Below are positions 1 through 12,487 of a stretch of 64,000 nt of DNA, in pieces (the first letter of the stretch is position 1; every line of letters starts with the position of its first letter). The DNA comes from Marsupella aquatica (taxonomy: Eukaryota; Plantae; Marchantiophyta). The stretch spans positions 11,089,792 through 11,153,791 of the forward strand of contig OZ316894.1 in NCBI GenBank assembly GCA_973895155.1, written 5' to 3'. The notes under the pieces were generated by a model. The model made no database searches. It was not told the origin of the DNA and was given only the letters and a program-made list of their open reading frames with translations. The position numbers and the translations under genes were made by a program.

Positions 1-548
1 TGCTTGACGCTCCTTCAAACAATGAAAGTGCCACATGGTGGGACACCTAACACAGTGGACTATGTCCACCCAGAAATCTTCATCGTGCTGACCACATGCC
101 TTGCACTTATGAAGTGGGCAAGCTGTGGCAAGATCGGGCAAACATGAAAAACAAAAGAACCTCACACAATATCTGTCAGGGCATTTCCTAACAAGTGGTG
201 GAGCATCAACAGAGCCCTCATAAGACCCCAACTTCCCACACTGTGCACACTTAGCCTGCTTCTCCAAACAATCAGTGCACATCCAGCCTCCTTGGTGTGC
301 TGACGGGAGGCCCACCCCTGGACAGTTGTTTTCTGCAGCAAGGTCAGACTCCGGGTTGAGGTGGAAATGCCTCATGCAAGGGCCCTCACATATGGCTAAG
401 TCACCACCATCATCACAAATGGCACAACAATGAGCTGCCTTCTGGAAAATCTGACTTGCGGAGAAGTTACTACCATCTGGCCCAACTACACCTGTGTTGC
501 TCACCTCTGTCCCCCGCTTCTTGGCTCGGATTTTAGGGCGTGCCATGC
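1..548 (-). CDS. Exon encoding an EDM2/NSD-like tandem PHD-finger region (frame open off the left edge)
   Basis: Manual minus-strand translation of 1-450 has no stops: CAICDDGGDLAICEGPCMRHFHL...WMCTDCLEKQAKCAQCGKLG...CPDRYCVRFFCFSC...ACPLHKCKACGQ...VHCVRCPTMWHFHCLKE. The Cys/His spacing matches the EDM2-type PHD cluster. Candidate AG acceptor at 550-549. Confidence 0.8.
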
Positions 549-1215
549 CTACGCATGAGACAGATAGTACAATTTAGCAGAGTGCACAGACAATACAATT
601 TAGTGCAGTGTACAAAAAGTACAGTATAGCATATAGACTAGAGTGGCAATTGCTACTGCAATGAAATGTTCACACACATGTGCAGAGTAGACATACTTTT
701 TGGTTTGTTGAGCCCACACTAAAAACTGATCCCCTCGTACAATAGCTCCACCTACACCTCAATTTTGTGGCTATGATTCACCAAAGGAGATCTGCAACAA
801 GATTTAATGCATTTGAATCACATATAACAGTCGTGACATGTAAAACAGGCATTTTTTGAACAGGATTGGTATCAAGCAGTGTGATCAGGGTTGTAATTTA
901 TACATCCTAAATAGGCTATGATAGTGAATGAGACAAATAAGTTAGGCATAAATCACTTTTTCCAGGTTATCACATGGCCCATTAATTCCAGTCTTTGAAA
1001 GGAGACTTTTAAGTGAGCTTGCTAGCCTCTTAAATTAGGATATTGTACTTAGTGCAGCCATAATAGGATAAGTTATGTACTGTTGACCCTAAACCCTGGA
1101 CCCAAAATTGGTCATAATTCAAAATCTTAAGTAAATATCCTCTCTGTTCAAGTCAAAGTGTTAAGTTATAGGTCAATGGTCTCTGGTTTGTGCATGCGGT
1201 GTGACAAGTGGTCCT

Positions 1216-2771
1216 CTAGAGCGTGTGATCCAAACATGTGTAGACACCAAAGTGACCGGTGGTGGGGTCTGGGAGGGCAGGACAAGTGACATTGCCAGGC
1301 ACACTGCAGGATGGCGAGTGGTTCCAGATGATACATTGTGCTCTGTGAAAAAACCGACATCCAAGAGAACGGTCATCCAACTCTAGGCCAGAAGCCCTAC
1401 AGGCAGGACAGTCATATTGGCAACTGTGCACACACCCTTGGGCCCTAATTTGTGGCGGGTCATGTACAAGAGACAGAAATACCAAGGATGTTGGGAAGGG
1501 TGGAGAAGCAGGTACAGGCCGACTGTAGTTGTTCCTGGCAACAACTGGGTACTCAAAGTACCATGCAGACTGGGCTGGAAGGATCCCAAGTCTGACATAC
1601 TCAAGGCGCAACATCTCTGCCTTGCGTGCAAGCCGCACATGTTCAGCGTTGCGGGTCCTCACCATAAGTGTTGCTTTTGTGGAGATGTCGTGTGTTCACG
1701 TCCTCTGATAAGCACCTTCGATCAGCAAGGTGAGCAGGAGCTGTACTTGCCTCACCAACAGCAACCAACCTTAAATTATCAGTTCCCACTCACTGTGTCA
1801 TTCCATTGGTTCCAGCTAGGGGTCACAGTGTAAACATAGCATGAAACACTCCTAATCAACTTGCTTACAAACTACAATATCCAGAAAGAGTGAAAGTCTC
1901 ACCCTCCAGTGAGCAGCAGAGAGGTAGTTCACTAGATGTGTTGATGTGCAGTTAAACCTCCACTATTGCTTACTTCTGGTGTATGCTGCTCAGAAGAAGA
2001 CATATTAGTAGCAGCAAATTGCAAATAATGGCCATAAGCAAACCGTGAGAGTTTGCAGAATGCTACGACAAATCCATCACAGCAGTGCTCCACAGGAATG
2101 AAACCAAGCAAAATTTGGTGACCTCGGCCAATGACAAGGCCAATGTAGTGAACAATCCTTGACCGATCAGGATATGGATTGGAATTACAATTAGTCAGCT
2201 CTTCTTCTTTGTTTTCTAACTCTGGGGGAAATGAGCATGACCAGGGAATTCTCTGAGAAATAGAAGTGCACAGGGAAAATGAAATTGGCTCATTCAGCTC
2301 TGCAAGATGGACCATTGCAGCATACTTGGACAGTTGTTCCGCAATACATAAAATACCCTGACTTACATGCAATTGATACAATCTGCTTCTGTTGGCTGTC
2401 CTACAGCTCATGGCAGTGCCGTTGGGACAGGGTAAGTGAATATTGCCATAGCTGAAGCACATTGAGCTTGCAGCAACAAGTGAAGGAGCATGGCCAAAAG
2501 CAGAAAAGACAGACAGGTTTTACAAGAAGAAACTAACAACCGCCAATCTGCTCAAATCCGCTGCATAGATCAAACCCTCCGAACTACACAGCCCTCCTTT
2601 GAAAACAATCCAATGTGCTTTGGCTGGTGGATGACAAGGACTGGGAGAAGAGGAAACGTCTGCACAATCAATCCAAATGACGGTACACAGAGACCAGGCA
2701 CAGAGAGGATTTGTGCTTAGACAAAAACCACAAATTGTAGCATGGGCGCCATAGCATTCTAGACAAAGCAC
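1216..2771 (-). pseudogene. Degenerate Cys-rich coding-like segments inside the CACTA element, product unknown
   Basis: ORFs 2520-2771 and 1932-2462 are in the same frame, separated by one stop. ORF 1216-1665 has CVHSCQYDCPAC. Both are on the same strand as the PHD exon. No family was recognised. Confidence 0.3.
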
Positions 2772-5090
2772 AAAACATAGAATCTATGAATCTATGACTC
2801 ATGGACTAACAAAATGATTGGGTAGCATGGCAAAAGGAAAGACAAATTTCAAAATGACAACATGGCCCATTTCCACCATTCATTTGACGTTGCTAGGTGT
2901 CCGTAAGATGACTGACCCACAAACAATCCCGACAACCTCATCCGACAGACTGCTTTTCTAGTGTGAAGAAATACATGATTACAAGCAACACCACGCCTCA
3001 TCCAAGCAGGGAATTGAAAACATAACCATGTCATTCCTATATTGGACAGTGTCCTCTGCCATTGCACTGCATAGTTGTTATTCCATGTTGGTTGTCAACA
3101 GTTTGTTGGCTTGCCACAACCTAGATAGAACAATAAAATATTGTACATGAATACAACAAGAAAAATCTGCATACAGCGATGGCCCGGTCACTTGAGGAAA
3201 AAACAAAACTAAGAAGGCAGGCACACGGGCAACCGAGAAAAAAAGCTAGTGGCGCCTCGCGGAGAATCCAGAATGGTAATGCCCTCGCCCAGAAGCTTGG
3301 GAAACAAAAGAGAAAAAAGCAAAAACGAGCTACCGACCACCGTCTTGACCAGGCCTGCCACAAGGTATGGCTGGAGGCTGTGGTCCCCCCCTCAGTAAAG
3401 AAAAGGATGCAGGTTGGAGCACGGGGCACAAGGCATGTTTGGATCCAGGAGGAGCAAAACAGTAATGTCAAGCAGGAAGTGTGGAGAGACCAATCAGTAA
3501 ACAAAAATAGGGGAGAACAAACATACATCAGCAGCAACAGGAAACGAGAAAGTTGATTTAGGAGGGATTGTAGGGAGAGAGCTTTTGGTGGGCTCGGCTG
3601 TGCGTGAAATATCGGGAGATAGATGCGCGAGAGAGTGAGGAGGGTGGCAAGCGGAAGACGGGTTGGGACTGGACCCTTGGTGCCGGTGGGTAATATATGG
3701 GGTTTCAGCAGACTTGGGGCCAGTTTGAGGAGGATTGAGAAGCGCGCACCCCACGTTCTTGGGTGGTGGTTGGGTGGGGTTTTGTTTGATTGAAGAAGAA
3801 ATCACCATTCTCTTCTAGAAGAAAGAAAATCACAGGAAATAGTGGACGGGAGAACAAGGCATGTAATAGAGAAAAACAAGGCATGTAATAGAGACAGTGC
3901 GCAGCTCAGCTCCGAGGTCACACTTTACGATGCACAGGGGGTCCTTGGTTGCACGTAGGAGAAGGACTGAATCACTGTGGCTGCTCTTCTCTACTATCGA
4001 AGCACCCGGCTGGCAGCTCCGCAAACACTGATCGTAGCTACAATCTCTACACCGTTGATTGAAGAGCAGCTGCAGCACAGTAAGGAGCTCCCACAGCCTC
4101 CCTCTTCAAAGCTCGGTTGACCTAGCTCTACGATCGACGGAGCATGGGCGCCAGACAAAGCACAAACTGTACCATGGAGCTGGAGAAAAACACAGAGTAA
4201 TTGAAGCCTAACAATACCCTTCTCAGCTCCTGATTGAATGAGGAAAAACACATTACAAGACACATTGCAGGCAATAGGATTTTAACAATGAAGTCTCACC
4301 TGTGCTGACAGAATACCTGCTTACAGCCACGCGTTGCTCATCCTCCCACAGTTCGGTGGCACACTATCCAGATGGCATGACGCATGCCTTAACTTATGAC
4401 GATTTGCGCAGCTCAAATCAAGTAGGTTGTCCCCACAAAAAGACAGAGGACAACAAAGAAAAGCAATGTAGCCGTGATGTCTTACCAGCCCTGACAATGG
4501 GAGCTTCAAAGGCGGTGCACTATGGCTGAAATGGCAGCACGCTGCTCGAACACTAAAGCAACACAAAACTTGGACTCTCACCTTATGCAACTCCTGGCTT
4601 GTATTCAGCTGGCGTTGGCCCACTCTAAGCTCCTGCGCCGCTCCGACTGCCAGTCGTTCTGTAGACGGTCTGTATCCTCCCTGACTGCAGCTCCTCCCCG
4701 CCCCCAGCTCGTCACCCGCGTCTTCTCCCCAATTTGTGGTGAGCTCCTCCTCGACCACAGCACCCTAAACTGCTTTGCCCAGCCTCTGATGGCCTTCACG
4801 TTGTTACCGATTGTCGCTCCCCACAAAGTCCACAATCCATAAACCAGGCAGATAGTGCGCCCGTAGAACAGATGCAACCCGCATGCAGCTTCACCAGCTC
4901 AATGGCAGCTCAACAGCTTAAGGGTGCAGCAAAAGGGCGTTGAATAGGTTGTCTCACCTCACCCTTCGAGAGCCGGTCATTGCAGCATCCCTAAACTCCC
5001 GATCCCTCTTCTCGGATTCCACAGAGCCGACCACAAGAAAATGGGAACACTAAACCTCACTGTAGAGACGTTCCCACCAAGATTACACGG

Positions 5091-5205
5091 AAAACCTTGC
5101 TCCGATCCCTAAGCTCCCAATCCCATCGAGAGAACACGATAAAACCTTGCTCCAATCCCTAAACTCCCGATCCCACCAAGAGAACACAATAAACCTTGCT
5201 CCGCA
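5091..5205. repeat. ~50-bp tandem repeat (2-3 copies), CACTA subterminal
   Basis: The unit AAACCTTGCTCC(G/A)ATCCCTAA(G/A)CTCCC(A/G)ATCCCA..AGAGAACAC is repeated. Confidence 0.7.
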
Positions 5206-5519
5206 AGTTGGGAATGTGGCGGGATCCCTAAACACATCAACAACCTGCTAAGTGTAAGCAAAGTTGCATAACCGGCTTGTTCCCTTCCAACGGTCGCGCG
5301 ACTCGGGTGTCCAAACGGTACTGCAAGCGGTACAGGCCCCTAGCTTGGGATACCCTTACCAAAGTCACTGGTGTTGCCGACATGGTAACGGCAAGATTAT
5401 CCTGACCCTCCATAAACCCCCTCCATTCACTCAAGTGTTGTGAGTGACAACTTAGTGTAGTGTCGCTAAACAAATACTTTGGCCTTAGCAAATATCTGTG
5501 GTGATCGAACTTCATTAAA

Positions 5520-6255
5520 CCAAACCTCTTTTGGTCACAAATAAGGCCATTTAATGAGTGATGCCCCTTGTCATCACCCTCTTAATTTATGCAATTACCC
5601 CTCCTGAACACAATTGAACATTGTCCAAATTGCCTACCCTCATGAATAATTTGTCAATTATCTTTCCCGACATATATGATGTCAATGGACATGATGGGGA
5701 ACATGATGTCAATGGACATGATGCCAACGATCCAATGGTTCCTAAACCCCCATCCCCTTAACATGCAACCCCCGACCCTTGACATCAAACCCCCCTAAAC
5801 CCCCTTTAGTGAAAACCCAGCCACCCCCTAGCCTTGACATATAAACCCCCTAAACGTCTTCACAACTCGACTGTGGCCAGACTATCTTTGCAATGCCAAG
5901 GGCCATTTTTAGAGTGCATGCCGCTTGCAAGCTCAGGCTCTCAAGATCCTCCCAAGGCAGCAAACAAGTTAGGGTCCCTAAACATGTTCCTTTACCCTAA
6001 ACCATTGCGTCACTATTTCAATCGAGTGTTCTTTGCCTGGACAACCCCCTAACCCTAAACCCACACCCCCTTGAGACCGGTACAAATCTACCTTTGTGCA
6101 TCTTGGCCTTTTATTGATGGAGTTAGTAATCGATCCCTCCGTAGTCCACCCTCCATGAACCTCACTCCAAAACCTTTTTTGTCACAAATAAGGCCATTTA
6201 TTGAGTTATGCCCCTTGCTATCTCCCTCTTTACAGAATTACCCCTCCTCAACATA
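5520..6255. repeat. Dispersed ~90-bp direct repeat pair (5520-5612 and 6168-6255), CACTA subterminal
   Basis: Shared core GTCACAAATAAGGCCATTTA.TGAGT.ATGCCCCTTG...AATTACCCCTCCT. Confidence 0.7.
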
Positions 6256-6471
6256 AGTGAACATTACCCATGATGTGCTAGACTATTCACCGTTCACAAA
6301 GTAGCAAGGTTACTTCTCATAGTCTTTTAGTGAACCATAAAACACTAATAGTCTTTTGTAGTCTTCAACAAAACTGGTGCAATGGGTGCGAGTCGTTTCA
6401 AGTATGGAAAAAGGACTTAGTGGGCTTAGTCCTATAAGGTATGGTCTAAATTGCCCCGGTTTCTACTAGTG

Positions 6472-6846
6472 TCTGTTGCTTGGGCCATTGGGTGCATAAA
6501 TGGATCCAATGTTGAGAGGCCCCTTGTTGGATTCAATAGTGATCCAAGCACAGGTTCTGTCACCCTTGCTACCCTTGCTAATCACTTTGATCGAGCTTGG
6601 AGTGACCACCGCAGCTCCAACTCTTCCATCAGCTCCATAGTCTACAACAAAGTTTCCCCCTGGCAATAAATTAGACAACATGAAGTCACATTTATTCACT
6701 TTGACCTTGCATTCTTGAAGACAGAGTACGTGTATGTCAGGTTGAGCTCTTTTAATCCAATTCCCAAGAATTCTGGATCTGTTGGGATCGCCCAGACGAT
6801 TAACGTTCCATGATCCGATCTTGATGTCATCAATCATCAAGCACAA
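6472..6846 (-). pseudogene. LINE ORF2 N-terminus, APE-type endonuclease (truncated)
   Basis: IGSWNVNRL...PDIHVLCLQECK...GAAVV...GDRTCAWITI...LNIGSIYAPN are canonical EEP/APE motifs. Confidence 0.9.
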
Positions 6847-9227
6847 TTGTTGAGTGGCTTAACCTTTGCTGTGGGTTTTCTCATAGTGGCTTTGACTCCA
6901 AGTTTGGTGATGATTTCTCCCTTGAGTCGTTCCTTGAAAGCACGTGGTGCTTTGTGAACATTTGGATCAAGCTTCTGTAACGTTGGGTCATTGACTGGTT
7001 CGGGTAAGAGTACAGGCGAAAGCAGCTTGTCAGGGATAGGGGATTCCACAGTGCTTGATTCCTGTGGTTCCACTCTAGCAAAACCAGGCCGGTAATCTTC
7101 CATCAGTATCCTGATGCTAGAGTCTCCTTGCATAGTGTTGCCTGTCGAATCTGGAGGGTCAAGATCAAGGTCTTTCATGCTGGCGCTTCTGTCAGAGTGG
7201 GGAGAATGATGTTCTTCTTCATCCATCTGCATGGGGGATCCATCCGGGAGATCCGCTCCAGTTGCAGTCTTGATTTTCTTGTGAGGTCCGTGTGCGGGTG
7301 TGGTTGACCCAGGATCATTGAGAGCAACTGCTGTAGTGTTTGCTGGTGCTGCAAGTGCCTTTCGAGTGTTTTTGATGGAGGTTTGTTTTGCTGCTTCAAC
7401 AGTTGATGCTGTCAGTTAGCTATCCATGGCTTGCTTGTGGTGTTTGATTGGTGTGAGTACAACGGTGCCCTGGGTGGGATTGATGTCTCTCTGTTTCTGA
7501 TTCTTCGTGGGTGTTCTGACGTCCATGTTGGTCAGTTTGCTTGGATGTGGCTTTGTTGGCGTCTTAGACTGATTCTCAGTATCATTTATAGTATCTGTTG
7601 CTTCCTCCAGTGCTTCGAATGGGTTGCTTGTGGTTGCAGGTTGTATAATGCAAATAGTGTTAGCCCTGTCTCCCTTGTGCCCCTGTGCTTTACTCTTTAC
7701 TGTCACGAATCCAGTGTCATCTCCTGTCATATCTCCAGCCAGGTTGGTCTTCGTGACGACTTGATCAGGAGACAGTTGTAGTTCAGCTTCAGGGTTCCTG
7801 TCAGCTGTTGTTGTTTTCTTCTTTGTGGGGCAGTATCTAGCCTGGTGTCCTTGTTTCCTGCATACAAAGCAAGCGTCTGGCATTGATCTGTACTCAACTG
7901 CTATTTTAAAATCTCTAATCCCTGGTAAGCTAAAGATTATATATTCAATAAGATCTTGATTCAAATCAATCAGCACACATCCACGTATGTGTGGAAATCT
8001 GCTCCGGGAACTAGTGGTGGCAGCATAAACTACTATGCCGACAGAGGCCAGCAGTTCGTTGGCATAAATCTCTAATGACGGATGTACCATAGGCAGATCA
8101 ATCCAGACGGGAGCCAGTGATCTCTACATTGACTGGGCGTCAAAATCAGCAGCCCATGGCATAGCCATAACGAGCTTGTTCCCCATGTGGAATGGTACCT
8201 CTGCTAGAATTTGATTTTGTTCTTCATGAGTTGAGACGACAAGTAAGAAAGTACAGCGCGCAATCACCTTTACTTGCTCAACTCTGATGTTCATATTCTG
8301 TACTAGCACATCGTCTACCCAAGCTTCAAAATGATCTCTCGAGGGATTGAAATCAACAGTGTAGATTATAATACCCCTATCTTGGAGATGCAAGACTCTG
8401 CTTTTGATGGTCGTGGGGTTCCCTTCAAATCGCACGGCACGCATTCCGGGTGCAAGAGCTTCTGGTGGATCAGGTAGATGATTGAGAGCCGCAATGAGTT
8501 CTCCATCGGAAATCATTTCTCCTGCCTTGATATCAAAGTTTCCATCTTCGTATGGATTAGCTGTAGCTTCAATTGATGGTGGGTTGCGTGTTGTGGGGTC
8601 ATTTCTGCGAGCAATGTGGTTGTAAGTTTTGCCAGTAGCCGCGATTGCAACATACGATTTATCTGTGTGGCTTCTTCCTTGTTGGTGTTGCTGTTTGCTG
8701 TTCCTTGGTTCAGGCTGATTTAGCTGCGCTTGGAGCCATTCTCCGGATTGCCTGTGGGCGGTGAGAGCGTTGTGGTGGCTTTGCTGCTTAGTCTCGTCAA
8801 TCTCCATTGCTTTTCCGGGGTGCTCCGTTTCCTCCATCTCGGTGCTCGATTTTTGCCCTAAATTGCTTTGTCGTGAATCTTTGATCTGCTGTTCAGAACA
8901 GAGGGCATCAGCGTCGTGGTTGAATACTGGAAGCAAATCGCATTGCTTTTTGTATACAATTTTAGCTTCCAGGTGTTGCCGGCCAGTTGCTTCAGATCCA
9001 ATGGTCTGTTGCTTTTCTGCTTTTTCCATCTCAATGTCCATTGCCCTGCTGCAGCTTGGGAAGCGACGCTGATGCACTGCTGCCTCCGACTCACTCTGTT
9101 CTTTTCTGATGTGCGATCTATCATACCAATCTTGGTGTACTTCATCGTTCCACTGGTCATTATCGTATGCAGGTCCTGAGTCAACGAGAGTCTTTGGAGC
9201 TTTTTTGTTTGTGCTTGATTTTGCCAT
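6837..9227 (-). pseudogene. LINE ORF1 (DUF4283/RRM-like plus CCHC zinc knuckle), disrupted
   Basis: 8124-9227 and 7416-8090 are in frame across one stop. Motifs include PFHMGNKLVMAMPW, IRGCVLIDLNQDL and VEYRSMPDACFVCRKQGHQARYC. The low-complexity tail is broken by further stops or a frameshift. Confidence 0.8.
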
Positions 9228-10429
9228 TTTGCGAGCTGCTTAGGTCGTTGATCAGTGTGAAGAGAAACTTGATAGGGCCACTGCTTGGCCTGCGTTTGAT
9301 TTTTGTCTCTTTGTGTCTACGTTCCTGTTAGCAGTGTGCGTCTCAGTCGATCTGGCCATGACTACCATAGCCCGCAAGCTCCAATGCTGTGCCCATTCAG
9401 TTTTCCCTCAAGCACCTAATGTCTCATCCTAGCCATTCTTATGTGGGAACTGGCCACACTTCACTTTACATGAACTTGGGGGCACAATCAAACAAAAGCA
9501 TTACCCAACCTAGTCATCTGTCAGTGAGCCCCTTGTGGGTCCCTTTTTTGCTGATGTGTGCAAGCTTTTTTGTCAAAAACTTAGACCTAGTCTTGAGGAC
9601 TTGAGGTGGTCTAAAACCTGGAGCAAACGGCAGCTTAATTATTTGCAGAGAATTGCATTGATTACTTCCAAACCTGACACATTTTGGCTCCGGCATTTTA
9701 ATTTTTGTATAAGGAAATAGCCATCGGCTTTGCTTTGGATGGAGAGACACTGAACAGCCTCCACGTCTTGTAAAGTGCCCCTAAGGATAGCAGTCTGAGT
9801 AACGGGTGTGCGGCTAGGTGGGATGTAAAACTACAGTAGCCAATCTATGACAAAAATAGACTTGTCGAGAGGTAAAATTTAGCTAATTTATGCCAATATT
9901 AAAGAAGCTTCTTTACAGTACCAGGCTAATTTTAAAGTTTTTTTTGCCGGGTTTGCCAATGCCACCTTGTGTGAAGGAGAACATGCTGAGAATATCTTTT
10001 AGGTAATTTTATTCAAGGCTTCTTTCTGACTGTTGTATCCTGGCTATTGGAGAGAAAGCATTGTATCTAATGCAAGCAAAGAGTCTATAATTTTTGCCAA
10101 AAGTGGCAAGCCTCTTTTTTGTCTTGAACTTAAATGAGAAAGAACACTTATTAGTCTCTCCCACCCAAATAGTGACATACTCTCATTGTAGGGCAGGCTA
10201 CGGACATACGCAAGAGGGGGATGCCTGGGAACGGGTAGTGTGTATGTACACACAAATTTGGCCCTAAACTAACCCAAAAACAACAAATTTGGCCATTTTC
10301 AAAACCAAAAGACATAAGCTAGACACCTTGCTGGACTCCCAAGAAGAAAAGTGATAGCCACCAACAGGAACAAACACCTAAAACATGTGAGAACAAACCC
10401 CTAAAATACTAAGTGGTTCCCCAAGGAAT

Positions 10430-11305
10430 GACACAAACTTTGATTCATCCGCACCACGGATGAATGTGTGACCATCAACATGTTGTCTCGTTCAATCTAG
10501 ATCATATCCCAACAGAAAGCCCTTGCACTAATCTATTTGCTAAGCCCATCACATCCAAGTTTCATGAGAAAAATCTCCAAATAACTACCAACACTTAACA
10601 CTAGAAAAATGTCACAATCTCCTAGGAATGCTCATATACCAATCTTTGAGCAAAGATGGCATTCACCTTGACAAGCCCATGATCATCCAATGCAGAACTA
10701 GTCGACCTAGAGAGGTATGTGGTTCACCTTGGCTAATGTTGAGCAAAGACGACATTCACAACGGCTTGCCCATAGTCATCCAATGATGAAGTAGTCAACA
10801 TAGAGAGATGTATGTGGTTCACCTTCTCATGAGGCTATGTCCAACAGAACACACAAGAGCTTTACTACACGATAGGGCGACCAACCATACTGAACATCCA
10901 CAACACAAGCTCTCCTTATCTCTCAATTGGCCCCGTAGCAATGAGCCTGAGTTCCTCCTAACCAAGGAAACACCGCTTGGGATATAGAGTGTGCAAAGCA
11001 TGACTAACCTAGTCTGTGACTAAGGTTAGCCCAAGTAACTATGGTAAAGTCGTAACTCATAGCTAAGGCCACATTTCTGGGAACACATGAGAGCTTTCCT
11101 GCACTCTAGGCCAGCCGGCCATACCGGGTCTCCACAACACAAGTTCTCCCTATCTTTCAACTGGCGCGGTAACAATGAGCCTGAGTTCCCCCTATCCAAG
11201 CAAACATCATTTTCATTGGATATAGTGTGCAACCTAGTTAGCCTAACCTACTCTGCAACTAAGATCACCCCTAACTATGCATGGTTACAATCATAACCCT
11301 AGACC
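10430..11305 (-). mobile_element. Decayed copia 5' end (leader, degenerate PBS, LTR with internal tandem duplications) related to the 41570-49177 family
   Basis: 10430-10640 aligns by eye with 48635-48835 (CAAACTTTGATTC.TCCGCACCACGGAT). GCTCATATACCA at ~10630 is a PBS remnant. LTR motifs GTGGTTCACC and AATGAGCCTGAGTTCC are each present twice. Confidence 0.75.
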
Positions 11306-12293
11306 TAAAAGTAAATGTCTAATAATAACTCCCATTCACTACCCACAAACCTCATCCCACCCACACACATATACCCTCCACACCCCTGTGTGTGGAGGGG
11401 GATTGAATCTGGGACCTTTGAGTTCCAAGCTAATCCCCTAGCCAACTGACCTAAGCCAACAGTGGCAAGACTTTTAGTGAGGTGTAGTTTGGCCAAAGCA
11501 AGACTTGATCATTGGCGCCATGAAACGTGCCAAGAATGCTCATACTTTTATAGAACAAAATATTTTACTGAACAACAAAATGAACTCTAATTGTGATTGT
11601 TTTGTGACAAAAGAAAGAAGTCTTGCACACTTCCCCCTCTTATATGGCTGCTGGCAGTTTAAGTCAAGCTACCTTTTGACAAAAATTGGGATATGTGGGA
11701 CATCTCCAACACTCATCTTTTACCCTCACAAACCTTTTTTTCACAAAGTGTAATCTACAATTTGGCACTTTGCTTTAGTGAGCAAAGTTAGAGCCAAAAC
11801 TAAGCTAGTGGCTGCTTCAAATAAGGAACACATTCTAAGTAAAGTGTAAGAGTATTATGTTCTTACGAAAGAAATTTCTAAGAAAAAAAAGTGCTCTTAA
11901 AGTGTTATTCCAGTTTGTGAAAAAATTATATTTGAGTATACAAAATTGAATGTTAGAGATGTCCAAAAGCCCCAATTTTCCCCATAGGTAGAAGCTTGCA
12001 ATATTAGATTTAACAAAGTTTGCATTCTGCATGTTCAGTGATGCCCCAAGTTGCGGTGGGGCCATGTGTTGTGGAGGCAGACCCAACAGTAGATGTTGTG
12101 GATTTCCTGTATCTTCAGTATTTAAAACTTCCTGGTCAAGTCACAAAATCCATATTTGATGTTTATCAAGTCCTAAAGATGTAGAAAAGGCCCGTTAAGT
12201 CCTTTGTAGTTTGGCAAAATTTTGTAATTAAAAAGAAGGCTAGTTTACACCCTCACGCTCTCCCACCAAGGACAAGGATTAAGGTACAGTGTG

Positions 12294-12487
12294 ACACAGT
12301 AACTAACTGCAGCCTTGATAAGAGGAATCCCTTTGTAACGTGCAAGGCCAGAGCTTCCTCCCTTTCACCACGGCAGTTAAACAGTTACCTTACACAGTGA
12401 TTAACTGCAACCTTGATAACAGGGATCCCTTTCTAACGTGCAAGGCCAGAGCTCTCTCCCTTTGACCACGGCAGCTAAACAGTTACT
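12294..12487. repeat. ~99-bp tandem duplication
   Basis: TAACTGCA.CCTTGATAA...AACGTGCAAGGCCAGAGC...CCACGGCAG.TAAACAGTTAC occurs twice in tandem. Confidence 0.8.

Larger units (their letters stand above)
1..6471. mobile_element. CACTA (En/Spm-like) DNA transposon, one terminus only; the element probably extends beyond the left edge of the window
   Basis: 6459-6471 GTTTCTACTAGTG is the reverse complement of CACTAGTAGAAAC, a typical CACTA terminus. It abuts exactly the point where LINE ORF2 homology stops. Subterminal repeats lie at 5091-5205 and at 5520-5612/6168-6255. No partner TIR or recognisable transposase was found in the window. Confidence 0.65.
6472..9360 (-). mobile_element. L1-type LINE, 5' part only (ORF1 plus start of ORF2), interrupted at 6471 by the CACTA end
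   Basis: ORF1 has a DUF4283-like region and a zinc knuckle, and is followed by an overlapping ORF2 with APE endonuclease motifs. The 5' boundary is approximate. Confidence 0.85.

Noticed and set aside
1086-6065. CCCTAAA telomere-like heptamers
   Set aside because: Only isolated copies (e.g. ~1088, ~5740, ~5793, ~6053) are present, with no tandem array.
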